A stretch of DNA of 64,000 bases from Gekko japonicus (lineage: Eukaryota): NCBI RefSeq assembly GCF_001447785.1, contig NW_015171530.1, positions 434,001-498,000 of the forward strand, given 5' to 3'. A model generated the notes under the pieces. The model saw only the letters and a program-made list of their open reading frames with translations, did no database searches and had not been told where the DNA came from. Both the position numbers and the translations under genes were made by a program. Shown here piece by piece: positions 48,016 through 61,755 of the stretch (positions are counted from its first letter, which is position 1; every line of letters starts with the position of its first letter).

Positions 48016-48372
48016 GAAGGTAAAGGTTTCCCTTGCTCGAAAGCCAGTCAAGTCCGACTCTAGGGTTGCGGTGCTCATCTCCGTTTCAAAGCCGAAGAGC
48101 CAGCGCTGTCCGAAGACATTTCCGTGGTCATGTGGCCGGCATGACTAAACACCAAGGCGCACGGAACGCTGTGACCTTCCCAGTGAAGTGGTACCTATTT
48201 ATCTACTTGCAATTTCTTGCTTTCGAACTGCTAGGATGGCAGGAGCTGGAACTAGAGATGGGAGCTCACTCCGTCATGCGGCACACTCGGGTCTCGAACT
48301 GCTGAACTACCGACCTTCCATAGCCTGCAGCCTGCAGTTCAGCATCTTAACCACTTGAGCCACCGCAGCTCC
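48016..48372 (-). mobile_element. Sauria SINE, full length
   Basis: AAGGTAAAGG tail through the TTAACCACTTGAGCCACCGCAGCTCC head; reverse complement of 20907-21245. Confidence 0.88.
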
Positions 48373-49309
48373 GTTTAAGGAAGACCTCAGTGCAAAAAAA
48401 AGCATAAATGGAAGCCATATTTGGAAACCTGTCTTGTGACTTGCTATTCATGGATGATGCCAGGAATGTGCCCAGGGAGGGTGGAGACCAATGGCAACAC
48501 ACCCACCTGGGAGAACACGTTGGCCTTCTCACCTCCGTAGAGGAAAAGGCAAACCGGACCCAGGAAAGCAGGTTCTGAAAGAGAGAATGGCTTCTAAGCT
48601 TGACAGGCTCTGCTGGGCTTGGGTTCTTGTTTCTTGAAGCACACAGTCCTGCCTGGTCTCTCACTGCATTAAGGACAAAAGCTCACTTTCCCCCTCTCCT
48701 CCCTTAAGTTCTGCCTGAGAACATTATCACTGTGCTGCTGAGGGTTTGTGTCTGTGTTTCTTTGCTTTGTGTATTTTGCTGTTTTGTTTGCTCTATTTGC
48801 CTTGAAAGGAATTTCTGTTCCAATCTGTGGGTTGCCATTGGATAAGCAAGAAAGTGGGAGAGAGAGTCAAATGTTGGTATGCTTGCCTAGGTTGATATTT
48901 GGGGAAATGCTCTACTGTGGCTACCTCCTGGGCTGAATGAAGATGTGTAATTCCCCTGACTAGAGAGAACCTCTGCCACATGACTTTTTCTTGGTTACTG
49001 GTAGGAACTTTTGTTACGCTGTAAACGTGAAGACTAGTAGTGTGAAGTGCATGGCAAGATTCCCATGGGTTCTATTGGTGCGCTTTGCAGTATGACTGTG
49101 ACCAGGAAGTTTCTAGACCCTCTGCTTTTAGGTGGTTCATTTAGTGAAAATACCACATGCTGCTAGTTACAATATGTTTATTAGTTTCATGGTTTCCCCT
49201 TCTTCCTTTCTTTCTAGGCTTGATACACATTGTCTCTCCCCTTCCCTAGGCCCTAGAATCTGTCTAGTAAGGAACATGTTTGATTGCCTACCACTCCCCG
49301 ATTAATTAA

Positions 49310-52300
49310 TCATTCATTGAGAAGAGGTGGATGGCTGTCCAGATACTTTCGGAGGCTGGAGGGGTAATCTGTCATGATGCCAGTGACCCCATAGCTAAAC
49401 GCTTCCTCAAAATCTTTTTCTTCATTCAGAACCCAAAGAAGAACCTGCATGGAAAAGAGGATACATCTCAAAACACAGTTTTCATGGTTCTCCCCAAGCT
49501 AAATTCCCCTCTTGGCTTTCCAGCCCAATCATACATTTGTGCAGTTGCTGATGAACCTTTCCCCAGTGCTCAGACAGAAAGATAGCGTTGCTAGGTAGAG
49601 AAAGCACTTGGTGGAGAGCAAAAGTCACAGTATAATCAACATGCACAAAATGCCTCAGGCACTCGAGAACAGGCTAGGGTGAATGCACATACATATTTGG
49701 AGTGGTGAGTCCACTGTGGATCCACACATCTCCCTTTTCTTTTTTGATGCATACATTTACACACAAGGGCTGCTTCCATATGGAGGTTTTGCTGCATTAC
49801 GCATCCAAACTGAAGTTGTTGTTGTTGTTTAGAGACTGTAGGACATCATCCCTTAATCACCCGCTTTCTGTGTTTCCCTGCTTTGCTCCACTCTTTCCCA
49901 AATTTGGCTTGATAAGATTTTTTAGAGAAAGAACTCAGTCAAAGCATGTTTATGGACCATGTAGATGAGAAGGCCCTGCCCACATCAGTGCTGTTTTTTT
50001 TGCCTTCGCCCCCTGTAGCTGCCATTCTGCCTTCCTCCACTGAAGGGCCTTTAAAAACAAAAACACTGGAGTAATTGCTATATCACCAATGTGCTATTGT
50101 GCTACAGTGATCTAGCAATCAGTGATTTTGTTGAAGGTCTTCTGGTGGCATGGGAAGGTGGCCACAGGGAGGCTGGATAAAGGAAAGTGTGGCGAAAACA
50201 GTTGTTTGGATGCATCACTGCTGCTGCAGTGAGAGCTACACAGAGAATTATTAAACATAAGGACATAAGAAGAGCTCTGCTGGATCAGACCAAACAGCAT
50301 TCTGTTCACACAGTGGCCAACCAGCTACCTCTAGGAAGCCCACAAACAGGAAGATCACAATGGCTTTACCCTGCCTGCCGTGTGGAAGCAACTAGATTGA
50401 GGCCAAGAACAAGGCTGTGGCCACATGAGCAGTTTATAGCAATGTCGTTGCGGTACCTTTGCAGAGCATGATCAGACAATGACATCTGCCTTCCATGCCC
50501 CAGTCGTGGCCACCCTGTTTTGCCCCACTTCAGAAGCAGAGTAACCAGGCACCTGGGAAAGTCTGGTCTTTATGGATGCCTGCGCTTCCATTCCGCTTTT
50601 CCAGCCATGTCACGAACTGAAGCCAGGGGGGAAGTCTGAACTGGCAGATCGGTTTCTGCCGAGTGTTGTTTTTTTTTTTAGTAGCTGTGCATGTGCACAT
50701 GTGCCCACCTGTTTTTTAAAGAAACCAACCAGACAACATGCTCCATGGTTGAGGCGCTGCAGTAATGTGGACGTCTCTCCACCAGATGAGTGCCCGGGAA
50801 AACCACCACAGGGTGTGCCGTCTGGTTGGTCCTTCCTGCAACAATTTGAACCAGCACACTTATTTAGAGATGCGCCTAATCTCCAGTGTGACCACAGCCC
50901 AAATGTGTTTTCCTGCTTCTGTGGGAAGATGGCTCTCTTGGTAGGCTGGCCTTTGTGACAATCACAAAGCTATTTCCCTCCCACCTCCCCATCTGGCTGT
51001 GCAGAGTATTGGCTGGCCGGCCCTTGTGACAAGGCGAGCTGCTTTCCTCACCCTTGCCCAGAGCTCGCTTCACTAAGCCTCCGAATCCCAGACCCAGGAG
51101 GCAACCTCAGGGGAAGGCCTCGGCCTCTGTGCCCTCTAGTTTGGCCATCCAGAGGAAGTGGTTGTCTACTGTGTGAGACAGGATGTTGGACTAGATGGGG
51201 CTATTGGTCTGATCCAGCAGGGATCTTCTGATGTTCAAACTACAGAAACAAAACGAGGGAGAGGTTTATAAAACAAAAATGCTGAATAGATGTTAAAATC
51301 GGTAAACATGCCAGGCACTTTTCCTTTTTCTGCCGTCAAGTCACAGCTGACTTATAGCAACATGGTAGAGTTTTTCAGGGCAAGAAACATTCAGAGGTAG
51401 TTTGCTATTGCCTGCCTTTACATAGTGACCCTGGAGTTCCTCGGTGGTCTCCCATCCAAACACCAAGGGGCCAGCCTAATTAGCTTCCGAGATCTGGTGA
51501 GATTGGGCTTACTTGGGCTATCCAGGTTAGGACGCTCATTGGAAAGAAAAGGGTTTGTGTTTTAAATATTCCAAGCAGGGGTCGTTTCGTAGAAAAAGAG
51601 CTAGGGGAACTCATTAGCATATGCCACACCCCCTGACATCACCGGAAGTGTGTCATAAGGCCACACACCCCACCCCCAACGGTCCCGGCCGCCACCGCCG
51701 GCCTTGCAGCTCCACTGCCGAGCCCCATGAGAGGCCCGGTGGTGGACCTGCAAGGCCGGCGGGAATGCAAGGAAGCCCCGTGAAGGCCCTCCCTGGCCCC
51801 AGGCAGGCAGGGGGGGGGAGAGGCAGGGAGGAAGCAACTTACCCTCCCTCTTCTCCTGCCTCCTTCTGGCTGAATGAGGGCCGGAAGCAAGGGGCGGGGC
51901 TTTGTCATGTGCCCCGCCCCCCGTACCTCACCCGGGGGGACTGCGATCCCCCGCGATCCCCCCCGAAATGACCTCTGATTCCAAGCCTCCCTAAAGCAAG
52001 GGGAGGGCAGAAATTCAGCAGAAGAGTCTGCACCTGCTCCTAGAGGAGCACACAGTTTTCATACAGTTTCGAGAGTAGGAAGTCCATGGTTCAAATTTAA
52101 TCTAAGACATACATTAATTAAGGCTTCAGTGCCTTGTGAATACCGTTAAACTCAGTAGGGTAGATTTCTGGGAAAGCACATGCAGGATCAGATAACACGT
52201 AGCCTCAGGCATACTCCGGTCTCTGTGTCTTGAGTCTCCATGAGCAATGTGGGTATAATAATACTGACCTATTTTTTACAGCATTGCTGAAAGATTATTG

Positions 52301-55300
52301 GGACAATGGGGGTGAAGTTCTTTGAACACTGTACAGACATGTGCTATACAGATGAAGTCCGTGTGGCAAGGAGAGAATCAGCATACAGATGTCTTGCCTT
52401 GACCATCCATCCATCCATCCCAGTTTCCTGTCACTGCTGGGGGTGGGATCAGTGGAGTATTTCCCTAATTTGACACCTCTCCTCTTTGTAACTCCCACTG
52501 TGCTTTGTGCACCCCACCATTTGGTGGCTGTATGCAAACCTATAAGATCCTAAGTAAAAAGTTTATTGGTCAAAGCCTCTTTGGGGATTTTGAACAGACA
52601 TGCCACTTTTCTGACTGTTCTCGTGTCTCATTTTCCAGAAAGGGAACTGTGTGCCTGGCCTGGGAGATGCACAGAGAATTATAAGTGTTTAATCAGCTAG
52701 AAACTGTGTTTCCCTTTTTTCAAAAAATACTGTGTGATTCACCTTTGTAGATATCTCTATTTGTCTCTTTGTTTGTGCAGTGAATAACATTTTTGCTAAA
52801 ATTTGGTACTTTGGGAGATAATTTCTGTATTGACCTCCCCATGAGCCAGCCAAAGCTCAAAACTATGACACAGATGGAGGAAAGAGAGGTGGGCATCCTG
52901 ATATTTCCTTGCAGAAACACAAGCAAGCAAGCACACACACACACAGAGAGTGGAATGACTAGGCCGAACTGGAGCAGCCAATCTTAAAAACCAGTTTCTC
53001 CAGGTGCTGGCAAGCAAATTAGCATGGCTGTTTCTTCAGAGCCCAAGAGTGTTGAGTATGGACAGTGTAGCCAACTGGGTCAGAGAAATACAGGGATCTC
53101 TGTAGAGTAGGTCCGTTACATGGTGTTGAGCCATGAGCGGCTTGTTCATGGGGAAGTTAATCCAGAAATTCTCTCCCAGTCAAAGTACCAAACTTCAGAA
53201 AGGTTTTATTCTGTGCACTCACATAGAAGAAGAAGAAGAGATTGGATTTATACCCCGCCCTTCACTACCCAAAGGAGTCTCAGAGCAGCTTACAAACTCC
53301 TTTCCCTTCCCCTCCCCACAACAGACACCCTGTGAGGTCCTTGGAGCTGAGTTAACTCTGACAGAAACTGCTCTTTTTTCAAAAACAGCTGTGCCAGAAT
53401 TATGGCTAGCCAAAGGTCATCCAGCCAGGTGCAAGTGGAGGAGTGGGGAATCAAACCCGGTTCTCCCAGATTAGAGTCCGCGCACTTAACCACTACACCA
53501 AAACTTTTATTTATTTGATAAAGTGAGCACTGATTTTTCAACAGCTTATGCTGGAATAAATTTTATTCATCTTTAAGGTGGTGCTGGACTCCTGCTTTAT
53601 GATAATGACTATCAGGGATCATTTCATAGAAAAAGAGCTGCAGGAGCTCATTAGCATAAGGTATGCTAATGAGCTACTAGGCTATTAGCATAATAGCTCA
53701 TTAGCATATGCCACCCCCCCACCCCACCCCCCCTCCATATCACTGGAAGTGATGTCAGACGGGGAAGCAAAAGGGGGGGAAGGAATCTTCAAAAGCCTCC
53801 ACTTTCCTTCCCCAGCTGGCCTGTGGGGGGGTGGGAGAGAAGGGGTTTAAACTTAAACCCCTTCTCACTAGAGTTGGGCCACAGAAGGAGGAAAGAGGGA
53901 AGGAAAGAGAGAGAGGGGAAAAGAAGGAAGGAAAGGGGATAAAAAGAGAAGGGAAGAAAGGAGGGAAAGAAAGAAGGGAAGAAAGGAGGGAAAGCCCCCT
54001 AGAATAGAATGGAGGGATTATGCCATCACTATGGTGCGACTCCAGAGAGAAGGGCAGAGAGAAGGGGTTTAAACTTTAAACCCCTTCTCTCTTTGCTTCC
54101 CCCCCCCCAGCCCGCCTTGGCAGGCCAGCTGGAAAAGGGGAGGCTTTTTAAGATGCTCCCCCCTTTTTGCTTCCCGTGGGGCCATAGAATAGAATGGAGA
54201 GACTCTAGAGAGAAGGAGCTTGCAGGCGGGGCAGGGTGCTGGGGGCGGGGCTTGCCACCACCACCATTTGTGCCCACTCCTGGGCTGCCAGAGCAGCGCT
54301 CCGGCACACTCCGGGCCCCAAATGACCCCTAATGACGATCTAGAATATTTTAAATTACAGATTTAGACCTGGTCCCAATCTAGAGGCTGTGGTAGGTGGC
54401 AAGAATGTACAAGTAAACATTCTGACCCCTAAAATGGTGACAGTCACAAAGCTTGTTGGCTGTGGAAAGCTTAATGTACCTCTCTCAGGGTGGCTGCAAA
54501 TATAGACAGTACTGCTTTCTTTGGTGAAGGAAAGTACCATTCAAGTCACAGGCAAATTATGGTGACCCCTCTTGTGGTTTTCAAGGCAAGAACAGAGGTG
54601 CTTTACCATTGCTTGCCTCTGCGACCTTGGACTTCCTTGGCAGTCTCCCATCCATATACTAACCAGGGCCAACCCTGCTTAGCTTCCAAGATCTGATGAG
54701 ACCGGGTATGCCCTTGAGCCCCATGGGGGAAAGATGGGAAAGAAACCGCTATAACAAGAAGATGTTGTTATAAAATGTTTTAGTCAGGCTTGGCAAGCCC
54801 TCAGAGGTAGGGGGTACAGAGTTCTGCAATCCTGACTCCAGCTTGCTACCCTGCCCCACTTACCTGTATTCCTCTGTCTTCAAGATGCTTAAAAAGCTTT
54901 TTCCTCATGGTCACCCTGTGTGAAGGAGAATAAAGAATGCCAAGGGTTTAATAAGAGGAGGCAGTCAACCCCCTACCCTGCCTGTTTACCTTGGAGCCCA
55001 GCCAGCGATAGAACCAAGGAGGTGCAGTGGAGAGGCTTGGGTTCAAATCCTCCCCCCCCCCGCCAGCCATAAAGCTCTCTGGGTGACTTTGGACCAGTCA
55101 CTCTCTCAGTTTAGCCTTTATCAGAAGGTTAAAAAGTGATGGAAAGAACACTGTAGGTTGTCCTCAGTTTCTGGGAAGAAGGTTGGGACAGACATGTGAT
55201 AAATAGATGGCTTTAAAAGATAAAACTGTGGAGGAACGCGGAAGAGCAGTGGGAATGGGAGGAAACAGAAGTCTGGAAAAGGGCAGAGTTACTAATAAAA

Positions 55301-58300
55301 CTGAGCAGGTAAAATATTGCATGCCATCACTCACCTGTGGGTAAATTTAGCCAGCAATGCTCCGCAGTAGCCCTTTTCCACTGGGAAAAAGGTCCTGTGG
55401 TTAAAAATAAAATAAAAAAGGGGAGGGTTAACTGACCCTTAAGAAATGCCTTTCCCCCCTTTAAACAACTGGATCTCTCACTCCTCTCAAAGAAGCCAAG
55501 ATTCACAGTACATGTCTTTCCTCCTGTTCCTCTGCAATCACAACCTTTTAATTAATTTAACTCTGCTTTCATACCCTTTTCCCTTACAGTTAAACTTTAT
55601 AAAACTTCATACATACATACAGAAGGTGAGAAGAAGGGGTTGGTGGGGGAAACATTGGAGGAGCAACTCAGGGATGCTTTTTTTAAAAAAGGGGCCTTGC
55701 CTGTCCAGTTAAGCTGGGTCTCATTTTCACTAAGAAGTTACACTTGTGTCTGGGCTATACTGTTTAAAAGTTCAGATTATGGATGTGCATGCTTGAATTT
55801 TTCACCATACAAAAGAAATGCCCTCTACATAGAAAAGTAACATGATTGAAAAAGAACCCTTCTTCTTGGCAGGCTATTTTTCAAAGCAGAGTTTTCTTTT
55901 TATATAGAGGAGCATTTCATCACATGCAGCCTGGATTCTACAACCCAGAAACAGGCTTTGCACCTTAGTGAGGCCTGAAACAGGCAGAACACACAGGAAA
56001 CACATTATCTGGTCTCCCCTTCCCCCTTCAGTTTAAAGCAGCAGCAGGGAGATTCCAGCTTTGGTTGCAGCAGTGTCCCTGAAGGAGGGCGTATTTAACC
56101 TCCCTTTGAAGAAAAAATACTGATGCCTCCTATACCTTGGTCCCTTGGCCTTAAATTCTGACAAAAGGAGCTTTTGACTCTGGAAGGCTTAAACCCTGGA
56201 AATCTTGTTGGTCTTTATAGTGCTACTGGGCTCAAATTCTGCTCCTAATGCAGGCTGACATTGCTACCCACCTGAAGCGGGGGGAAGGCATGGCTGTTTG
56301 CCGCGCAGCGAAATAACACGCAACTGTGCAATCAGGCATCCCCTTGCGGTCCCATCGAGGTCCCATGGTTAGGGGGGAGGTGCCGATCACACAACGCGCC
56401 AAAGAAGCAGTGCGGTGTGGCAAACGGGGTTGTGGGGTTTTTTAACCTGAAGCATGCCCCATTAACCTGAAGCATGCCCCATTGGGTGCTTGTGCGCATC
56501 CCTGGAGACTTTGGGGGGGGGGGAACCTTTTCGCAATGGGGCATTGGCGGGGGCCGGATGCCACTGGAAACACGATCAGACGCCCGCCCTTGCCCCACGG
56601 TTTTCGGAAACTACTACATCCAAGGTACTAGTTTTTAACCGCGCATCTTCGGAGGGAAGCCTCGGGTTCGCCACGGGAGCTGTACGCTTCCCAGATGTGG
56701 CGGTGAGATTGCGCCTGGAAAATCTGCCTATCTTCCGTCGCAGTAGCGTGGCTACTGCTCCGTGTGACCGCAGCCACTATAGGTTTTCTGGTGGGGACAC
56801 TATCAAATCCATTTCTTGTACTATGCCTAGCATGTTCTTGGTGCATTCTGTCAGGCAGCAGAATCTTAGCTCTTGGTGTCCCCTGTACTTATTAGCCCCC
56901 CACCCTCTCAGTAACAATTTCCCCCTATCTTATCTAGTCCTGATTCCTATCACAGAGACACTACTGTATGAGTTCCAGCATCCCAAGACCAATGTTTTCT
57001 CTGTCTGGTGGAAAATGAAGCCCTCTTCATTAGACTCTCTTCTCTGGTTTTCATTCATTTATTTCTAGGACCAGCATGGTAGACCAGCCCCTTACCGCTT
57101 TCCGAAGTGCACTTCCTGCAAATTCTGTTGCCACAGCCCTTCATACCATGCACTCAGTCAGCCCCCTTCTTGGCTCTGGTTAATAAATGGAGTCAGATTT
57201 CCCACTTGGGCTTCTAGTTGCTGATCCTTATCTTTAAGAGCCCTTATATTTCCTCTTCCCCCTTCTGCCCAGCCCTGCCCTGCCCAGCACAGCTGCTATC
57301 ACCTGTTCATGATGGATGGCAGGAAGAACTCGAGGAAAGATTCTTTCAGTGGTATGAAAGGCAGGAGCCCCACATAGTAGAGGAGGAGGATGGCGATGCC
57401 ACGTTTGACGGAGAAGATATACGGCATCTCTTTGTTCTAGAGGATGGAAAAAGAAGAGAAAATGATTCCCGCCCACCCAGTATCTACTATGAGGATGTAT
57501 AGCCTCTAGATTTCATAATGAGGAAGAAGTGAGTGACTGGACTTGGTCACCCTTGCTGGTCCCTGTAGCTCACATGTTTTCAGAAACACCCTACACAGTT
57601 TATATGTGTAGCTTCCGACTCTGTCCCAGAATAAAAGATCTCTTTTCTTTGGGGCACAAAGAAATGCAGAAATTGTAGTGCTGTGCGGGGACTTACTGGG
57701 TACTCTGTTAGGGATCCCCTGGCCCTTTCACAGAGCTACAATATCCAAAGTTCTTGGTCAGGGACCATGACAGCTTTTAACAAGTTTCGAACTTGTTCTA
57801 GTGCAGTGGTTCTCGGGCCAGGGCCCCCGGTGGGGGGCATGGAGTAGTTGCAAGACATCTGTGAATCCATATGCACACTAAGCAAGTTCATTTGCATCTT
57901 TTTTGTCTTTACATATTTTCTCAGTCCACAGATCCTAATAGTACAACTACTATCATGGGAGGTCCACAAGATTTTTTGATGTTAAAAAGAGGTAATCATA
58001 CTTGAAAATGCTGGGAACCCCAGTTCTTGTGTATAATAGTAGTTAGCCAAAAGAGCACCTTGGACATGTTCTGATTAGCTTATTATAGTGAAGTACTTTT
58101 ATCTGTTATTCTCTAGTGGATGGAAAGTCCTGTTTATGCTTGAAAGCCCTGCATACTCTTCTCCAATTAGACAAGGCTGTTTTCGCACAAGGAGCTGCGC
58201 CACCGTCGCGCCTCCCTTTGCCCCGTTTACATTGGTCAATTTCCGTCGTGCCTCCCTTTGCCCCATTTACATTGGTCAATTTCCCACTTGAAGCCGCACG

Positions 58301-61300
58301 GCCGCATTTTGACCCACGGCTTCGCCCGATTTCCCCCGTGGTCGAGTGGGAAATTGACCAATGGAAACGGGGCAAAGGGAGGCGTGACGGCAGCGCAGCT
58401 CCTTGTGCGAAATCAGTCTTAGTCTAGTAAAAAAAAAAAAAGACATTTTCATGGTTAGAGACAACAGCAATGAAAGTGCCGGAGGACCATCATTACATAC
58501 AGCTGCGCAGCATTTCTTCAACACGTCCTCTTCAAAGGATGCCCAGATGCTGATGTGGGAGCGATCATATTGGCGGATGAGATCTGCTACCTGTATGGAA
58601 GGGCAGAACACAGGAGAGGAAGGGTACGGACTACTGTTTATTTCTCAGAAGGAGTGTAGACTTTCTGGAGTTGCCTAACTGGTGGAAACAAAGGGGGCAT
58701 TTTGTTGCCTGAAGGATTCAAAATGATAATTATCTCTGGAGTCATCACTCATTGGGACAAGCCAGATTTTTGCAGCATATGCCGACGCAAACCATCTCAC
58801 ACAGCAGAGCCCTTCAGGCAAGCAAGTTTTGCTTACCTGACTCTAATTGCAGTGTTTCTTGGGAGAAATTTGTTATTTGTCCTGACAGTTTACAAGCTCT
58901 GGGTCACTGTCCCCTTCCCTGCAGTTTGCTAGCTCTCCTCTCACAGACCGTGGGAATCTTGGATTCACTTAAGAACTTTAGATGGCTAGGGCCTGGGATT
59001 TGCTGTTGAGTAGAGTGTTTTCCAAATTATGGGCCCAATTTCCCGAAGTGAATGTAGTATGAGAAGGCTGGAAAGGGACTCAGAAATGAAATCAGGCATG
59101 GGTGGGGTGAGGGGAGCAGGAGTCTTGTCTCTGCAGACTGCCACTGAACTATGGAGGCGGGAGATGGTGTGGATGTTCATGGGGCTGATCTTGGCTAGGT
59201 GCACAGAATCCACTGCAAGAAGTGATGCAAATGTGTTCCTGTCCTATAGGTAGCAAGGGGAGGGGAGGGGTCCAACAAAGAAATTGTGCTACGGGATCTA
59301 GTAGGTGACTAGGATGGAGATGCTGTGTGCCTTACCTTTTGTATGAGTTCATCATTATTCTCCTTAATTTCTATATTGATAGGTATGCCAGGGAATTTCT
59401 GAAGAACGTCCTCCAAGCGTGGAATATGGTGATCTGAGCCATGAGAATAGCGGCCTGGAGGGGAGGGGAAGAGCGAGGTGGTTTCAAGAGGACTGACACT
59501 TTCTTTGTTGGGCCATAATCCCACCAAAAGTTCATATCTGTTAGAATCATAGAATCATAGAGTTGAAAGGGACTTCAAGGGACATCTAGTCCAACCCCCT
59601 GCACAATGCAGGGAATTCACAAATACCTCCTCTCCACACCCCCGGTGATCGCTGTTCCGTTCCCAGAAGATGACAAAAAACCTCCAGGATCTTCAGCCAA
59701 ACTGGCCTGGAGAAAAATTGCTTCCTGACCCCAAAGTGGCAATCAGCATTTCCCTGGGCATGTAAGAAAGGGCCACAAGAACTAAGCACTGATGCAACCC
59801 TTCCTGCCCTCCCTCTCATGATCTGCCTAAATTCACAGAACTCAAAGTTTCTAATTAGAGGAAGATGAATTTGAGGGGCCCAGCCTCTGTATGGTTGCAA
59901 GGATTGCCTTTTGTGGACCTTGTGCCTTATAGGAGTGCTGCTTTGCCTCCAATTATGTTCTGCTTGTAGATTTGTACAAACACTAAATCTCTGAAGCCCT
60001 CTTTTATCCAAAGAAACACATCTGATAGGGTTGCCCCTAGAACTTCTCACCATTCAGGAAAGACAGAAACAACAACAGACAAGACAGAAACAATATAGAC
60101 AAACTAGAATGTGTCCAGAGGAGGGGGATGAAGATTATGAGGGGTCTGGAGACCAAGTCCTATGAGGAAAGGTTGAAGGAGCTGGGTATGTTTAGCCAGG
60201 AGAGGAGACGACTGAGAGGTGATATGATAACCATCTTCAAGTACTTGAAGGGCTATCATATAGAGGATGGTGTGGAGTTGTTTTCTGTTGCCCCAGAAGG
60301 TCGGACCAGAACTAACGGGCTGAAATTAAACCAGAAGAGTTTTTGGCTAAACATTAAGAAGAACTTCCTGTCAGAGTGGTTCCTCAGTGGAACAGGCTTC
60401 CTTGGGAGGTGGTGGGCTCTCCTTCTTTGGAGGTTTCCAAATAGAGGCTAGATGGTCATCTGACAGCAACACTGATTCTCTTCCTCAAAATGTAAAGTGG
60501 GTTCAAGACCATGAAAGCCTTTGTTGCAGTAAACGTGTTGGTATTTCAGGTACCGTTAGACTGTTCCCTTTCTGCTTCTGTTTCAGTGTCTTCCCAACTG
60601 CCAGTTACTCTGGAGACCAATCCCCAGCCCTTAGGAGCAACCTAACTATCTTGGATTATAACCCACAATTGTTCTAACAAAGGGACGCTTGGCCAGTAGC
60701 TGCCAAAGGCTACACTTTCCCCTACAGTGCCCTCACTCCAAATAATCTCTCAGCCCTGCTCACCTGGTGAGAAGGTCACTTCCAGACGGTCCTTATAGGT
60801 AGGCAGATCCTATGGGAATACAATTAGGGTGAAGGTTATGGAGCCAGGACACCTGTATTCTCCTGGAAGGAAGGGTAGATTGGGATACAATTGGGGCATA
60901 TGCACAGATAGAAGCAAAGATCCTTGGGTTTTGATGACTGGGTTGTTGGGGGCTAGAGGCAAGGGATAATGGGGAGCCAGAACTTCTGAGTCCTCACCTC
61001 GTAGTTTGTCTCTGTGATATTGATGTTGTGTCCTGTCTGGCGTTCCAGATTATCATCATGGGACACAACCACAACCCCGTCCCTTGTCAAGTGGCAGTCA
61101 AGTTCCAGTAGATTTGTTCCCTGGCTCTGAGCACTGGGAAGGGGGAGAGAAGGGTCAGGGAGAGGCCGGAGAGCCACAATAACGCGAGCAAAACTGGGGG
61201 GGGGAACATCACTCACTGGCTGAAGGCTTCCAGAGTGTTCTCAATCCGCTCTCCGCTGCCTGGGAAGGAAACAAGGATGTTGGAAATGCAGGCACTGTAT

Positions 61301-61755
61301 TTCTCGGCTCGTTTCACATCCACCCGCTTCTCCTCCTCAGCCCTACCAAGGGTTCCCACTTTCGATTCTAGGAATGCAGCAGTACAAGTCGGAGAACCGG
61401 AGCAGAAAAAATATATTTTAAAAGTGCCTGACAGTGACAAGGAATCGAGGGACGAGCGGCTACTGGAATCCAGGTCTCCTTTCTTCCCCTGTGGTTACTC
61501 TGATTATGGTCTTTATCTTAATCCCTGATTTGGAGCGCACGACGCCTCATTCTCAGTCTCTCTAGATGCCCTTCCACCCCAGTCAAATACTCACTTGTCC
61601 CAGCAGAACTCACCTCCACGGTGGGACGCATGCCGGCATCGAATGGGAAACTTCCGTGGCCTGTGCAGCAGGTGTGGTCTCTTTCGCAGGCAGTGAGAGG
61701 TCAGGGCATAGATCCCCAAGGCAGGCAGGCCAAAGAGGAGCAAGGGGGAACCCAT
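49310..61755 (-). CDS. GDPD3: Lysophospholipase D GDPD3 (GDE7), 318 aa
   Basis: complement join(61614-61755,61217-61259,60998-61133,60764-60809,59336-59454,58501-58590,57303-57436,55335-55394,54864-54915,49310-49444) = 957 nt. GDPD motifs HRGGSGE..ENTLEAF, LELDC.LTRDG.VVVSHD, NIEIK and GIMTDYP. Synteny favours GDPD3 over GDPD1. Confidence 0.95.
50413..50899. mobile_element. PIF/Harbinger-like MITE
   Basis: TIRs GGCTGTGGCCACA / TGTGACCACAGCC with a 3-bp TSD (caa). Confidence 0.75.
51576..51977. mobile_element. hAT MITE (CAGGGGTC family)
   Basis: Perfect TSD attccaag. Confidence 0.9.
53225..53503 (-). mobile_element. tRNA-derived gecko-type SINE
   Basis: Highly similar to 62823-63097. Confidence 0.88.
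53613..54331. mobile_element. hAT MITE (CAGGGGTC family, long variant)
   Basis: TIR-like ends; TSD atgactat/atgacgat. Confidence 0.78.
56276..56775. mobile_element. Harbinger-like MITE, truncated inverted copy of 23894-24393
   Basis: Ends CCGTGTGACCGCAGCC; internal homology. Confidence 0.8.
57804..58023. mobile_element. Old hAT-Charlie-like MITE
   Basis: CAGTGGTTCTC...GGGAACCCCAG; TSD ttctagtg/ttcttgtg. Confidence 0.7.
58174..58419. mobile_element. Palindromic MITE with long TIRs (Harbinger-like ends)
   Basis: AGGCTGTTTTCGCACAAGGAGCTGCGC... / ...GCGCAGCTCCTTGTGCGAAATCAGTCT, with an internal duplication of about 40 bp in the left arm. Confidence 0.85.
59543..59842 (-). mobile_element. CR1-type 3' UTR fragment
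   Basis: (TAGAATCA)n tail on the + strand. Confidence 0.8.
60098..60480 (+). mobile_element. CR1 ORF2 C-terminal fragment
   Basis: LECVQRR..KIMRGLETKSYEERLKELGMFS..RRRLRGDMITIFKYLKG. Confidence 0.9.

Noticed and set aside
56490-57068. 192-aa ORF
   Set aside because: Runs through a GC-rich MITE into flanking intron, with no transposase motifs.
57218-57502. Acidic 94-aa plus-strand ORF
   Set aside because: It is the antisense shadow of GDPD3 exon 7.
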